Positions 1-10,869 of a DNA stretch of 42,377 bases are shown here, in pieces. Source of the DNA: Octopus bimaculoides (Eukaryota); the NCBI RefSeq assembly GCF_001194135.2, contig NC_068984.1:147251472-147293848 (forward strand), written 5' to 3'. Position 1 is the first letter of the stretch; every line of letters starts with the position of its first letter. Under the pieces are notes generated by a model. It searched no databases. It had not been told where the DNA came from and saw only the letters and a program-made list of their open reading frames with translations. The translations under genes were made by a program, and so were the position numbers.

Positions 1-355
1 TAATGTTGGCATAGCTTCCAGTGTATATAGGTCCCAGCTCTGTCGTGTCTGTGAATATATTCCTTCTTAGCCAGGACTGGGCAGCCAGAGATAATATGAT
101 TTATTGTTTCTTGTCGATCTCCACATATTCTACAGTTACTTGTTATATTTCTTTTCATTATGTGTTTTTGGTAATTTCTGGTGGGGAGGCTTTGGTCTTG
201 TGCAGCAATTAAAAATCCTTCAGTCTCTGCTTTGAGTCCTGAGCTTCTCAGCCATTGCTGGGATTTTTCTCTGTCTATTTCTTTCGCATTTAGTTTAGCC
301 CAGTATTTACCATGTAGGGGCTTTTCTTGCCATCGTTTTATCATGGTCCGTTCCT
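1..355 (-). mobile_element. R4/Dong-clade non-LTR retrotransposon fragment (post-RT CCHC zinc-knuckle region), runs off the window edge
   Basis: Manual minus-strand translation from ATG at 344 is stop-free to base 1: MIKRWQEKPLHGKYW...ETEGFLIAAQDQSLPTRNY...CRICGDRQETINHIISGCPVLAKKEYIHRHD. The W..KPLHG, AAQDQ and C..C...ET..H...GC...RHD motifs are typical of RLE-bearing R4/Dong elements. Confidence 0.85.
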
Positions 356-361
356 ATCATT

Positions 362-1045
362 AGTAAACTGAATAACAACAATAGTATACGTGGCCTACGA
401 GCAAAAGCTCTATAACTTAGATAGCTTAGAGATTGGTTTCGGCCAGTATCGGCCCAGGTCGTGAGTAACTCAATAGCCCCACCTGGAAAAAGTCTTTTAA
501 TTATTTCGGGACACCATGGACCAGTCAAGCAGAGAGTTGTTGTTGGTTGAGGCGTATCCAGGTGTAGGTGGTTTATCCGGTATTTCCTGGAGGAATTTGT
601 CCGGGTACCGTTTGAAAGTTGTGGGAGTCTATTTCTATCTTAATTTCTTTTCGGTTAAGATTGAAAAGTGCGGAACCATTTGCAGTGAAGAAATTGTGTC
701 GCAATGTTCTTTTGTAGGGGACGCATTGCACTGGGCCATAGTCTTGGGTGAATTGTAAACATAATACCTATATCATTTGGATAATATTGGTGGAATATTT
801 TCCACATACTGAAAATAATGTATCGGTCATGGCGGCGTTGCAGAGAATAATAGTTTCAGCTGTTTAAGTCGAGGTTAATAATCAAGTGCCATCATACCAT
901 TTATTTTTTTAGTGATTGATCTTTGTGGCACTTCGATCCTCGTTATGTCTTTTTTATGTGAAGGGGGACCACAATGGGCAGCAGTATTCGAGGTGGGGGC
1001 CTAGCGAATGTGGAGAAGAGAAGGATGATGGTTTTATGATCCCTA
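362..1045 (-). mobile_element. CR1/L2-like LINE, degraded ORF2 C-terminus plus 3' UTR
   Basis: Minus strand reads ...LLFSTFARPHLEYCCPLWSP...RLKQLKL...RYIIFSMWKIF...FKRYPDKFLQEIPDKP across stops and frameshifts (RPHLEY...WSP motif of CR1-type ORF2). Its 3' end abuts the R4/Dong fragment at about 356-362. Confidence 0.8.
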
Positions 1046-1240
1046 GATCAGGTTTGAATCAGGTTTGATTTCTTTAATTGCTGCTAGGATATCAGTAGCG
1101 TCGAAGGTTATGTTGGAAAGGACATGTTGAGGACTCAAAGAAGCAAAACTGCTTGAGTCAACTGAAAACAGGGTCACCGAAAACAGAACGGTATTGACTT
1201 GGCAGGATCTCAGCCATGTCTCAGCCATATCGAGGTTTCA
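1046..1240 (-). mobile_element. LINE ORF2 pre-RT fragment joined directly to the post-RT region
   Basis: ORF 1043-1228 ends LSNITFDATDILAAIKEIKPDS, resembling the F...D+..AIK.LK..S segment just upstream of LINE RT domains. 11-bp tandem duplication ATCAGGTTTGA at 1047-1068. Confidence 0.5.
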
Positions 1241-1254
1241 TTCTTTTGTTGTCA

Positions 1255-1283
1255 TTTTATTATTATTATTATTATTATTATCA

Positions 1284-1338
<55 letters not shown>

Positions 1339-1339
1339 T

Positions 1340-1388
<49 letters not shown>

Positions 1389-1450
1389 TACATATAGATT
1401 GACAGACAGACAGACAGACAGATAGATAGATAGATAGATAGATAGATAGG
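1255..1450. repeat. Compound microsatellite (TAT)n-(TA)n-(GA)n-(GACA)n-(GATA)n
   Basis: Read directly. Similar (TA)n, (CA)n, (CATA)n, (GA)n, (GATA)n and (TAA)n tracts recur across the window (e.g. 12275-12330, 17820-18480, 36944-37200, 39380-39650). Confidence 0.98.
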
Positions 1451-1854
1451 TACATAGATATGATGTATAGATATATGTGTGCCTGTATGGTGTATGCATG
1501 ATGTGTGTATGGTGTACGTATGCGTGTATTCAATGTATTTTTCTGCTGTATAGAATCGCCCTCCCTACACCTCGACACGGAAGCACAAATGTATAAGTAA
1601 CTTTTAAATTCGAAAGAAAAACCCATGTCTAAACTGAATCTGAAAATGTCTGCTCTTCCGCTTTTCTCTGTCTCTCTGTCTCTCTCTCTTCCATACACAC
1701 ACACACACACACACTCACGTATGTGTGTATGTATTTATATATCTATTACGATGCTCGTAAACAAGTAAGTGTGTACTTAATACCTGTGGTTTCGTTTATG
1801 TGAGCATTTAGAATTTCACAGCTTTACTACTCAAGCGGCAATGAGCCAACCTTT

Positions 1855-2030
1855 ATCTTTATTCTTGTTCGTTTACAGTCGTGACACTGCACCCATGCTG
1901 GGGCATCGTCTTGGGGAATTTTCGTCGAGCGAATCGACCCCAGTACTTATATTTCTGCCTGGTACTTATTTTATCGTACCCTTTTCCCGAACCGCTAAGC
2001 TATGGGGACCGGCTTCCCAGGGATGGTGGA
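1855..2030 (-). mobile_element. tRNA-derived SINE family A, 3' half
   Basis: Shares CCATGCTGGGGCA, TCGACCCCAGTACTTAT...CCTGGTACTTATT and CCGAACCGCTAAG blocks with the copies at 17270-17578 and 34402-34762. Confidence 0.8.
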
Positions 2031-2324
2031 GAACAAGCATGGAGAGTAGAACAATTCTCTCCGTCAATGTACTCGCATACTACGAGAGAGTACAACATGC
2101 TTGGAAGAACTCAGCATATGTAGCAGGATATCTTTTTATATCAAACACCTGACGTGACACAGACTGCATTGATTGGTGCAACTCAACTAGATGTACAATA
2201 TCCTATCCGTAAGGGACAGCTGCAAGATGGGTCGAAACGATCGTAGTGTTGAATAAAGATTCGTATCAAACCCATTTTCCGTTCCCTCACCAATCGTGTG
2301 TGTGTGTGTGTGTGTGTGTTTTCT

Positions 2325-2413
2325 TAAGTCAGTGCCCAAGCAAGGTGCCAAGTAGTGGGGACCAAAAGCATTTGTTTTGGGAAGGAAGCTTTTTACCACA
2401 CAGTCATGCCTGT
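2325..2413 (-). mobile_element. SINE family A, tRNA-like head
   Basis: CAAGGTGCC...AGTGGGAC...GGAAGCTT...TTACCACACAG is the reverse complement of an A-box/B-box head followed by a CCTTG.GCA CORE-like start. Confidence 0.7.
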
Positions 2414-2559
2414 GTCAATGAAGCGTTCTCTTACACGGTCACAGAATTTTTAGATTATTTAATGCAAAAACCTTGTTTAAATGATTCTCAATCATTTCCT
2501 AAAAGATACGATCTCTGATCCTCAAGTTTTATACCATTTTCTTGTGTCATATTCAAACG

Positions 2560-3044
2560 AGTCTCTTCAGATTATGCAATCCTTTGCTTTGGTAAAAAGA
2601 AAATAGCTAAACTTGGAATAGTCAGTTCAGTTTTCGTGTCTATCCTCACATATTGGCTAGTGATCCGGTGACTGAAGGAATACAAGCAACCAAAATAGGG
2701 TTCCTCCAAAGGATCTCTGGGCTAAAGTTACTCGACAGCATGCATGGCTCGGAGATCAACGGAATCTCTCCAGGTCTAACCACTACTTATTCGCATTGAG
2801 ATGTCACAACTCATACAATGGGATTAGAAAGCCACTTGATAGAATCGCTGGATGGTTTCTTCAAGTCGGACCAATCGGTGGGAGATCCATGGGTACATCA
2901 AGAGTGAGATGGTTGAATAATATTCGTAGTTTCAGTTGGTTATGCTTAGGAATCCAGCCAAAAACTGTAATGACGAATGCATCTGATAGGATCCTAGGGA
3001 AGAGGTACCTGATGACTCTACCCCTACGATCCTCCCAGAAATAG
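2560..3044 (+). mobile_element. RTE-clade LINE, degraded RT C-terminus / 3' end
   Basis: IQATKIGFLQRISGL...; ORF 2796-3044 contains GGRSMGTSRVRWLNNI (cf. RTE G.R..GRP+.RW). A second copy of the same 3' end lies at about 38030-38240. Confidence 0.75.
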
Positions 3045-3612
3045 TGCGCAGAGAACTTGTGCAACTGAAACCCGAGTGTCTTTTTGGTCAACTGAAAGCA
3101 GTTTTGGTGCAAACTTGGCAAACACCCGTCTCATACCCAAATTTTCAGTGATAATGGACTGAACTGAACCGTAACTAATCTGCACAACCTCTGTTAAGTC
3201 ACGGATGGTGATTCGAGGATTTCCCCTCACAGCTGCACGCACATCTGTAATGTTTTTCTGAGTTCTCCTGGTTGTGGGGTCTCCCACGTCAATATCGACA
3301 TTTTTCGGCCATCTTGGAAACGTCCGAACCCCTCGTACACTTGTCTCCATACATTTTCTGCAACTTTGCATAGGCCTCTGAGCAGGTATCGCCTTAACAA
3401 CTTTCTCTGCCATGGACAATGCGACGATCACACGCTACACACCTTCCTTCGAAGCACTGCTGTAAACAGTGGAAGTGAGCTAGAACGTTGAAATTTAAAG
3501 CACATGCAATGCATAGCAGCGTTCAAGGTTAATCTGTGCCAAGCGGCTTGCCTCTGCGTGCATTAGCATCGTTACTGTGACAACAGACCGGATACTTATT
3601 GATCAGACTTCG
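3045..3612 (-). mobile_element. Mariner transposon, 5' TIR plus HTH region, 3'-truncated
   Basis: Minus strand begins TA|CGAAGTCTGATCAATAAGTATCCGG (mariner-type TIR). ORF 3024-3431 contains NITDVRAAVRGNPRITIRDLTEVVQISYGSVQSIITENLGMRRVFAKFAPKLLSVDQKDTRV (mariner HTH2 and WVPK-like linker). No DD34D region. Confidence 0.88.
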
Positions 3613-4769
3613 TATGTACGTACGTACATACATACACACCATTCATAATAGACCAGACATATTGATTTGGCGTAGAAAATAGAAGAAACTATGTACAGCA
3701 TTGGAAACCAGTTGCCCGGCGGATGTCAACATATAAACTAAGATCAGCCGGAAAAGAAAACATCTACCCGGAACTACCGGGAAATTTACAGCTACTCCAC
3801 CCGGAAAACAAGTTCAAGTCTAAACCCGTTGTTATTTGATACAAGGATATGTAAACACTCTGCCTCAGCACCATTCTTGAGAAATAAGGGCTCTCAAAAC
3901 CAGAAAGGGAGAAAGTACGCCCATCATCCATCCATTCATCCATCCATCCATCCATCCATCCATCCATACATACATACATACATACATTAGCCTCAAGGGT
4001 GACACGCCACCATATTCAGCACTGCTAACAGGTCGGTAGTACATTTAACTGATTTCAGTCTGTTGTAAGCCTTTGAAGAAGACACCCGATTGCCATCCAA
4101 ACTGTGGCGTTCCAGCAGACACTGGACTGACAGCTTAAAAGGAACATCAAACACGATACAATCCAACCAATGCTCATCTCAAGACGAAAGAAAAGATACC
4201 AAGTTTCGAAACCTTCATCTGTCGTTTGCAACTGGGCAGATGACCACACACACACACATGCATGTATGTATATATATATATATATTTATATATANNNNNN
4301 NNNNNNNNNNNNNNNNNNNNNNNNNNNNNNNNNNNNNNNNNNNNNNNNNNNNNNNNNNNNNNNNNNNNNNNNNNNNNNNNNNNNNNNNNNNNNNNNNNNN
4401 NNNNNNNNNNNNNNNNNNNNNNNNNNNNNNNNNNNNNNNNNNNNNNNNNNNNNNNNNNNNNNNNNNNNNNNNNNNNNNNNNNNNNNNNNNNNNNNNNNNN
4501 NNNNNNNNNNNNNNNNNNNNNNNNNNNNNNNNNNNNNNNNNNNNNNNNNNNNNNNNNNNNNNNNNNNNNNNNNNNNNNNNNNNNNNNNNNNNNNNNNNNN
4601 NNNNNNNNNNNNNNNNNNNNNNNNNNNNNNNNNNNNNNNNNNNNNNNNNNNNNNNNNNNNNNNNNNNNNNNNNNNNNNNNNNNNNNNNNNNNNNNNNNNN
4701 NNNNNNNNNNNNNNNNNNNNNNNNNNNNNNNNNNNNNNNNNNNNNNNNNNNNNNNNNNNNNNNNNNNNN

Positions 4770-4803
<34 letters not shown>

Positions 4804-5429
4804 CATACACACACATACATACATACACATACATACACACATACATACATACACATACATACACACATACATACAGTCAGAGTTATACACAGACAAGTAT
4901 GTGTGCATGTATGCATGTATGTATGTACGTATGTATGCATGTATGTATGTATGAATTACAATAAGGTAGCCATTTGGTTTGCTGCCAAATGTGGTCAAGA
5001 ACCTAGGTATAAAAATAGACACTTAAATAATGATTATAAAGACAAATATAGATTCCCCTCAACACACTCTCTCACACAGGCACAACACATGGCTGAATCT
5101 ATGATGTATAATTCTGTGTAGCGTTACCTTGGAAATACCTTTTGCTACTTATCACATTTATTATATTTTCCCCACACGTTGCCATTCATTTTCAGCATCT
5201 TGAACAGATTAAATATTGATTAAGAACAAAGATAACTGAATTGAATGTGTACTGGACTGGCCTTGACCTTAGGGCCTAACTGGGTGCCTTGTCGAAAAAA
5301 ACCTACCGTTTGCACGCAGTCTCTTATATTCTACACCACATAAATGGATATTGTTCGTCCAATGTTAAATAGACGACGCTGAATGGCACGACTTACCGCT
5401 GTAAATAATAGCAGATCGGCTTTATAAGA

Positions 5430-5536
5430 CGTCCCGGCACCTTGTGCAAGTGTCTCCCGCTCTAATCGCGGGCTGACCAAAGCTTTGTAACTGAAGCAGG
5501 TAGAGGGTAACTGTGTGGAAAGCCATCGTGCATATA

Positions 5537-5540
<4 letters not shown>
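5430..5540 (+). mobile_element. SINE family A CORE-like central segment
   Basis: GCACCTTGTGCAAGTGTC...GGGCTGACCAAAGCTTTGT...GGTAGA...AACTG matches the family body seen at 9855-9965 and, reversed, at 17430-17520. Confidence 0.65.
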
Positions 5541-5576
<36 letters not shown>

Positions 5577-5736
5577 TATATNNNNNNNNNNNNNNNNNNN
5601 NNNNNNNNNNNNNNNNNNNNNNNNNNNNNNNNNNNNNNNNNNNNNNNNNNNNNNNNNNNNNNNNNNNNNNNNNNNNNNNNNNNNNNNNNNNNNNNNNNNN
5701 NNNNNNNNNNNNNNNNNNNNNNNNNNNNNNNNNNNN

Positions 5737-6061
5737 GGAAGATGTTTATAAGCCATTTAAAAACACACAAAAAACCATTAGATTCACTTCAACATTTAAA
5801 TTTAATTTGTCAAAATATTTTCGTCATTTTGAAACCTGTTCACTAACAAAATTCCGTGAGATGCAGCACGGAATTTTGTCAGTGAACAAGTCGCGGTCTC
5901 AAAGCGACGAAAATATTTTAACAAATTAAATTTAAATGTTGAAGTGAATCTAACGGTTTTTGTATGTTTTTAAATGGCTTATAACATCTTCCACGCTGCA
6001 ATCGTTTTCGTTTCAGCACACGATCTCAGATCAGGTCACTTGCTATGCAAGTACATCTCCG
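5737..6061. mobile_element. Palindromic (fold-back) MITE, left end hidden in a gap
   Basis: Arms 5737-5858 and 5867-5992 are near-perfect reverse complements around an 8-nt spacer (AGATGCAG). The right end ...GTACATCTCCG at 6061 is followed by TA, consistent with a Tc1/mariner-type target. Confidence 0.8.
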
Positions 6062-6098
6062 TAATATATATATATATATATATATAACACAAATGGCA

Positions 6099-6201
6099 TT
6101 TAAAATTTACGACAGGTGTTTCGTTAGACTTTTATTTAATAATGTTGTCATAAAAGATTATATCATAAAATATAATCCACCATCATCAGGTAAAATTTAA
6201 A
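6099..6201 (-). ncRNA. Type I hammerhead ribozyme, canonical core
   Basis: RNA 5'-UUUAAAUUUUAC CUGAUGA U GGUGGAUU..(long loop)..AGUCUAAC GAAA C ACCU GUC^GUAAAUUUUAAA. Stem I 11/12 bp, stem II 7/8 bp including G-U pairs, 2-bp stem III with a 4-nt loop; predicted cleavage between 6111 and 6110. Confidence 0.8.
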
Positions 6202-6669
6202 CAGGTAAAATTCTGAGCGTCCACCTGGAGATAGTCAACATTCGTTGGACCAATGCTTCGTTTAAGTTTTGAAATTGAATATATAGGATAATTAAAGGTG
6301 TGCTTTAAAGCAGGCAAATGAGAAGCAGGGTGATCATATAAATATACACTCTAAGTTCAATTATCTAAATAAATTTATGGCTTTACAATAATACTGAATA
6401 ATCTAGGAATCAGTAGACATAGCATTGCCATGCTTTGTAATTAAAATGTCATCAAAGCCTTAGCAGATATATTCTCGGTTAAAGGAGACATGTCACGAAG
6501 TTCACTGACCACGGACATCAAATATCAAACGATCATTAGCGTTCACCCATTATACACACGTGTGTACAGTAGATACGCGCACACACACACAAACATATAT
6601 TTATATACACATAACATTGCACACACACACACACACATGTATATATACACACATATGTGTGTGTTTGTG

Positions 6670-6865
6670 TGTCAGTATGTCTGTTTGTTCTTCACCATCG
6701 CTTGACAACCGTGTTGGCTTGCATATGTTCACGTAACTTAGCTGTCCGACAAAAGGCAATCGTAGCATAAATCTTAAGCTTAAAAATAAATACGGAGTTC
6801 AATTACTGTAACTAAGCTCTTGCAGGCGGTGCCCCAGCATGGCCATAGTCCAATGACTGAAATAA
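6670..6865 (+). mobile_element. SINE family A, 3' half
   Basis: CACCATCGCTTGACAACCG...GTAACTTAGC...GGCGGTGCCCCAGCATGGCCATAGTCCAATGACTGAAATAAG is the sense version of the 34402 copy's tail. Confidence 0.8.
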
Positions 6866-7504
6866 GCGGTGGTGGGGAGGGAAGATAAAAGACAGGAATA
6901 TTTATCAGCAATCTGATTTATTAGATTCCACTCGTAATTAAGCCAGGCGTCCATGGAAGCATCCATGAAAAAAATATTGTTGTGCACGGCTGTTACAATG
7001 TTTGTCCATGATTTTCAATCTTCAGCCTCTCATCTCTGAATCACAGCATATATCGACAGGGACTTTCACCATTTTCCTCGTAGCAACTGTTACTAAGTCA
7101 GTGGAAGAAGTGTAGTGCCAATGAACATTCTTATGGTTTTAGAAACAAGGGCGAATGTTTTCTCTCACACTAAGTGACATGTTCGAAATGCTTCTTAAAG
7201 AATGACCTAAGCTAAAGTTATAAAAACTCTAGCGAGTGGTGGGTGCCACACCGAGTTGTAGAATACTTTAGCCGACCCCCACCCTCCCCTAAAATTACCG
7301 AGCTTTAGATTTTGTAACGTTGCCTTTCTTTTTGTGTACTTTAACTCACTTTATGAGCGTACTTTTATATAAAACATAAAAATGTGAGTCTCTTGGACAT
7401 TACTCTCTCAAGCCCTAGGAATTATAGGGTCGGTTATCGGGGTTTCATGGCGAAAAACGGAGCGCGATCATAACATTTGCGGAACGAAAAGGCTGTCGAG
7501 AACA

Positions 7505-7645
7505 GGGTGGTTCCACGTTTACAGCTGAGTGGACTGGAGCAATAGGAAATGAAGTGTTCGAGAACAAGACGAACCGCCCGGTGCGGGAATCGAAACTTCA
7601 ATCGTGCAGTAGCGAGTGCATCGTCCTAATCACTAAGACACAAGC
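7505..7645 (-). mobile_element. tRNA-derived SINE family B, head and core
   Basis: TTTACAGCTGAGTGGACTGGAGCAA...GAAATGAAGTG...CGGGAATCGAA (reverse B-box)...CCTAATCACTAAG; homologous to 13170-13310 and 13590-13730. Confidence 0.7.
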
Positions 7646-7659
7646 ACACTTCTAAATTT

Positions 7660-8190
7660 CCTCCAAACTGAAGGAAATTCTACGAACCCATAAAATCATT
7701 AAAAGCAGTAAACAACGAAAGACTTTAAAGAAGATCTCACAAATGCAAAATTATTTTCAAGAATAACGGATGAAAGAGTAAAAAAGTGTGGTCGGACTAA
7801 CTGCGGAGCCTTTTTGCAATCTTTTGAAAGGATCAGAATTCCATTTTAGACAAGAGCAAAAGTTCAAAGTAAAATCCAAGTTCACTTGCACCTCTGAAAA
7901 TCTCATTTATGTTATTAGATGCCCGGGCTGCCATAAAAACTATATTGGGTCGAAAGGAACGTTGATCAGATGGAGATGTACGGTCCACATACAACAGATA
8001 TCCTCCTCACAATATCGCCAGATATATCTCATTGAAGACATTGACAGACAGATGTGCAGCAGAAATGCAACCACAATTCCTAATCTTCCTATTATATCAG
8101 TTTGCTATTGGGATCTCAACACAAGTACAACTAAATAAAGAGGCCTATTTTATCGAAAAATATAAGCCGGAATTAAATATAAACTTATAT
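7660..8190 (+). mobile_element. Penelope-like element, GIY-YIG endonuclease remnant
   Basis: ORF 7788-8138 contains FTCTSENLIYVIRCPGCHKNYIG...RCTVHIQQI. The upstream frame gives KKCGRTNC and the downstream frame EAYFIEKYKPELN, all PLE GIY-YIG hallmarks. Confidence 0.88.
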
Positions 8191-8345
8191 TGAAAATTAA
8201 AGATTTACCCCAACTATTCTAAGAATCAAATGTAGACCAATAAAAAAAATTACAAATTTATCTCCCCTTTACTGTAAAATACCTTGGTTACCAATTATCC
8301 CCCCTTAGCAAACAAAATCTCTAATTCAGAAATTTATCCAAAACT

Positions 8346-8382
8346 CATAACTTGAAAAGCGATAACGAAACAGGTTATTATG
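8346..8382 (+). ncRNA. Degenerate minimal hammerhead-like motif in the PLE 3' region
   Basis: CATAA-CTTGAAAA-GCGATAAC-GAAAC-AG-GTTA-TTATG: a 5-bp stem I (CATAA/TTATG) and GAAAC are retained, but the CUGANGA box is mutated. It lies about 170 bp 3' of the GIY-YIG remnant. Confidence 0.35.
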
Positions 8383-8574
8383 TTGGAAGAAAAATATCTT
8401 ATTTCGTACCATATTGTATAATACTTTTACTATTATCATCGTCTTTTAAAACAAATCTGTGCTTTTCATCTTCTTTCTTTCTGTATATATTCAACCACGT
8501 ATAATCACCCACCATACTTTCTACCTTACACACACACACAGCGCGCGCGCATATAGATATACATACATATATAT

Positions 8575-8795
8575 GGCAGTTGTCTACTCCTTATGCAGAG
8601 TTTGACCACCTCGTGCACCCACACCCTAGCACCACCATGGCATCTGATGTGGCTTTTTAAACCAGACAATGTTCTGAGAAGACACCCACAGAGATGGCAC
8701 CTGCGATTTGGACCTCCAAGAGCTGCAGATAAGTTCTGCACTTAAAATATCTCTTGAGGCCTATGTTGGATTTGCAAACCTTCTGGCACACACTG
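8575..8795 (-). mobile_element. RTE (BovB-like) LINE 3' end with two C2H2-like zinc fingers
   Basis: Minus frames give VCQKVCKSNIGLKRYFK and CHLCGCLLRTLSGLKSHIRCH, the C..C.+.C.S..GL.SH.+.H C-terminal finger of RTE ORFs, followed by a short 3' UTR and a (TA)/(TG) tail. Confidence 0.65.
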
Positions 8796-9022
8796 TATAT
8801 ATGTGTGTATTAATGCATGTATGTACGTATGTATGTATGTATGTATGTATGTATGTATGTATGTATGTATGCATGCATGCATGTATATATACAAATATAC
8901 ATATATACATATATATACAAATATATACATACATGCATACATATATACATATGTACATACATACATACATACATACATACATACGTACATACATGCATTA
9001 ATACACACATATATACAGTGTG
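8789..9022. repeat. Perfect ~68-bp inverted repeat built from microsatellite-like sequence
   Basis: CACACTGTATATATGTGTGTATTAATGCATGTATGTACG(TATG)n at 8789 is the exact reverse complement of the block ending ...ATATATACAGTGTG at 9022. Confidence 0.9.
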
Positions 9023-9854
9023 GACATAGAAACATAACAAATTTTGTGTGTGTGTGTGTGTGTGTGCATGTGTGTATACTGCGTGAACAGGATTCTCGTA
9101 TAGGTGTGGAGAGAGGGAGAGAGTTAGAGTGAGAGAGAGAGAGTTAAGTTATCTGTAAGACTGTGAGGAGTCGCTGAATGAATATTTACGTATATTCACG
9201 TAAATGTATATAAGCATGTATATGTAATATATACACACACGCCATAATGCTCTTGTATATAAAACAAAGTCGATATTAATGAGCCGCAAGTACTTTAGGC
9301 CTTCGTACGTGAAAGATTACTCACATAAACACACTGATGTACTTTTAATCACTACTTGGTGATCATGCTAGCATACCTTCTTGCAAACACGCACGCTATA
9401 TATAATATATATGTGCCTGTGTATTGCGAGTGTGTGTATACTTACATACATGCATATAAATATACCTATGTATACCTACACACACTCGCACCCACACATA
9501 TATACACGCCCACACACAGATGTATGTATTACCCTTAGACTTGTTATTAAAAACGTATCTATATTACTAAGATATGCACATACAATGCACATTACATTAC
9601 TGCTAATGATAAACTTAGTAAATATATTTCTCCATTGTCTGTGAGAATGTCCGCCCGTCGTTTTCTCTCTTTCTCTCTATTATATAAATGAAAGCGTTTG
9701 TTCTGAACACATATTCTTTGAGGAAGAATCAACCGATTCGTTAACTCACACACTGACACCATTTCCCCCAACAATCAATCACATCAACAATTTCTCATAC
9801 CGCATCCCATTTCTCACACCAATCACATCATTCTCAGTTCTCATCCCTCAAAAC

Positions 9855-9965
9855 TGACCAGGTCTAGTCCCACATCATGGGCAAGTGTTTTATAACTCTC
9901 GGTTGACCAATGTCGTGCGAGAGAATTGGGTAGAAGGAAACTGAGTAGAAGCCCATCATATATGT
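9855..9965 (+). mobile_element. SINE family A head/core fragment
   Basis: GGTCTAGTCCCAC (B-box-like)...TGGGCAAGTGTT...TTGACCAA...GGTAGAAGGAAACTGA...AAGCCCATCATATAT followed by (GT)n. Confidence 0.7.
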
Positions 9966-10089
9966 GGGTGTGCGTGCGTGCGTGCGTGAGTGTGTGTGTG
10001 TGTGTTTGTGTGTGTGTATGTGCGTAGGTGCATGTGCGTGTGCGTGTGCGTGTGTGCGTGCGTGTGTGCGTGTGTGTGTTCGTGTGTCT

Positions 10090-10805
10090 GCGCTTGTTTT
10101 TATCTCTTTTATCTTTTTTTAAGGTTGCAAATAATGTCGCTATCGTTCTCCTGTAGCCGTACCTTTATTCTGTCGTAGATTGCCTTTTGTTCATCTGTCA
10201 TGTCGCCATTACTTTTATTGTCTTCTTTTAGATCGTCTAAATGTCTCTCATCAAGTAAACTACCACTGCTCCTTTCCTGTGCTATGAGATTACTCTTATT
10301 AGTAAGAACTGCTTTTGTCCACAACCCATTTTTTAATAGCTTCGAGCTCTACTTCTGTGAACCAACAAGTTTTCCTTATTGCTTTAGCTTGATCACATAG
10401 TCTCTGTTCCGTGAGTTGAAACAATCCCTTTTCTCTCCAATGATCATACATACGTTGACGGTAACCCCTAATTTGAGCACCATTTTAATCTCCAGGGTTG
10501 CTCAGGTAGTAACACTCTATGACCACAGCATTAATTTGCTTGCTCCATCCACGCCGTGTGTGGTGGTCCCTTTCTGAATATCGACAAGCTGGAGCCGGAC
10601 CAGAATCTCTGAGCCTGCCGGGTGTAACACTGTCACCATCATTGGCTTCAGTTTCATTACAACTGTTGTTCACAATATTTTGTTTTTTCATTGTCCCTCA
10701 TATGAGGTAGCGATTATCAGGTTACGCAATTACCAGCGTTTTTATTGTGACACCATCACTACATGTATCATTATTAGCCCATAAGGAGACTCCATCCGTT
10801 TTCTT
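10090..10805 (-). mobile_element. R4/Dong-clade element, 5' UTR plus N-terminal domain only
   Basis: Reading through one stop: RRGWSKQINAVVIECYYLSNPGD*NGAQIRGYRQRMYDHWREKGLFQLTEQRLCDQAKAIRKTCWFTEVELEAIKK. The W...N..V.ECYY...GYR.RM...W...EQRL.DQ pattern is what I recognise as the R4/Dong N-terminus. Preceded on its own strand by (AAT)n at 10808-10870. Confidence 0.75.
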
Positions 10806-10811
10806 TCATCA

Positions 10812-10869
<58 letters not shown>

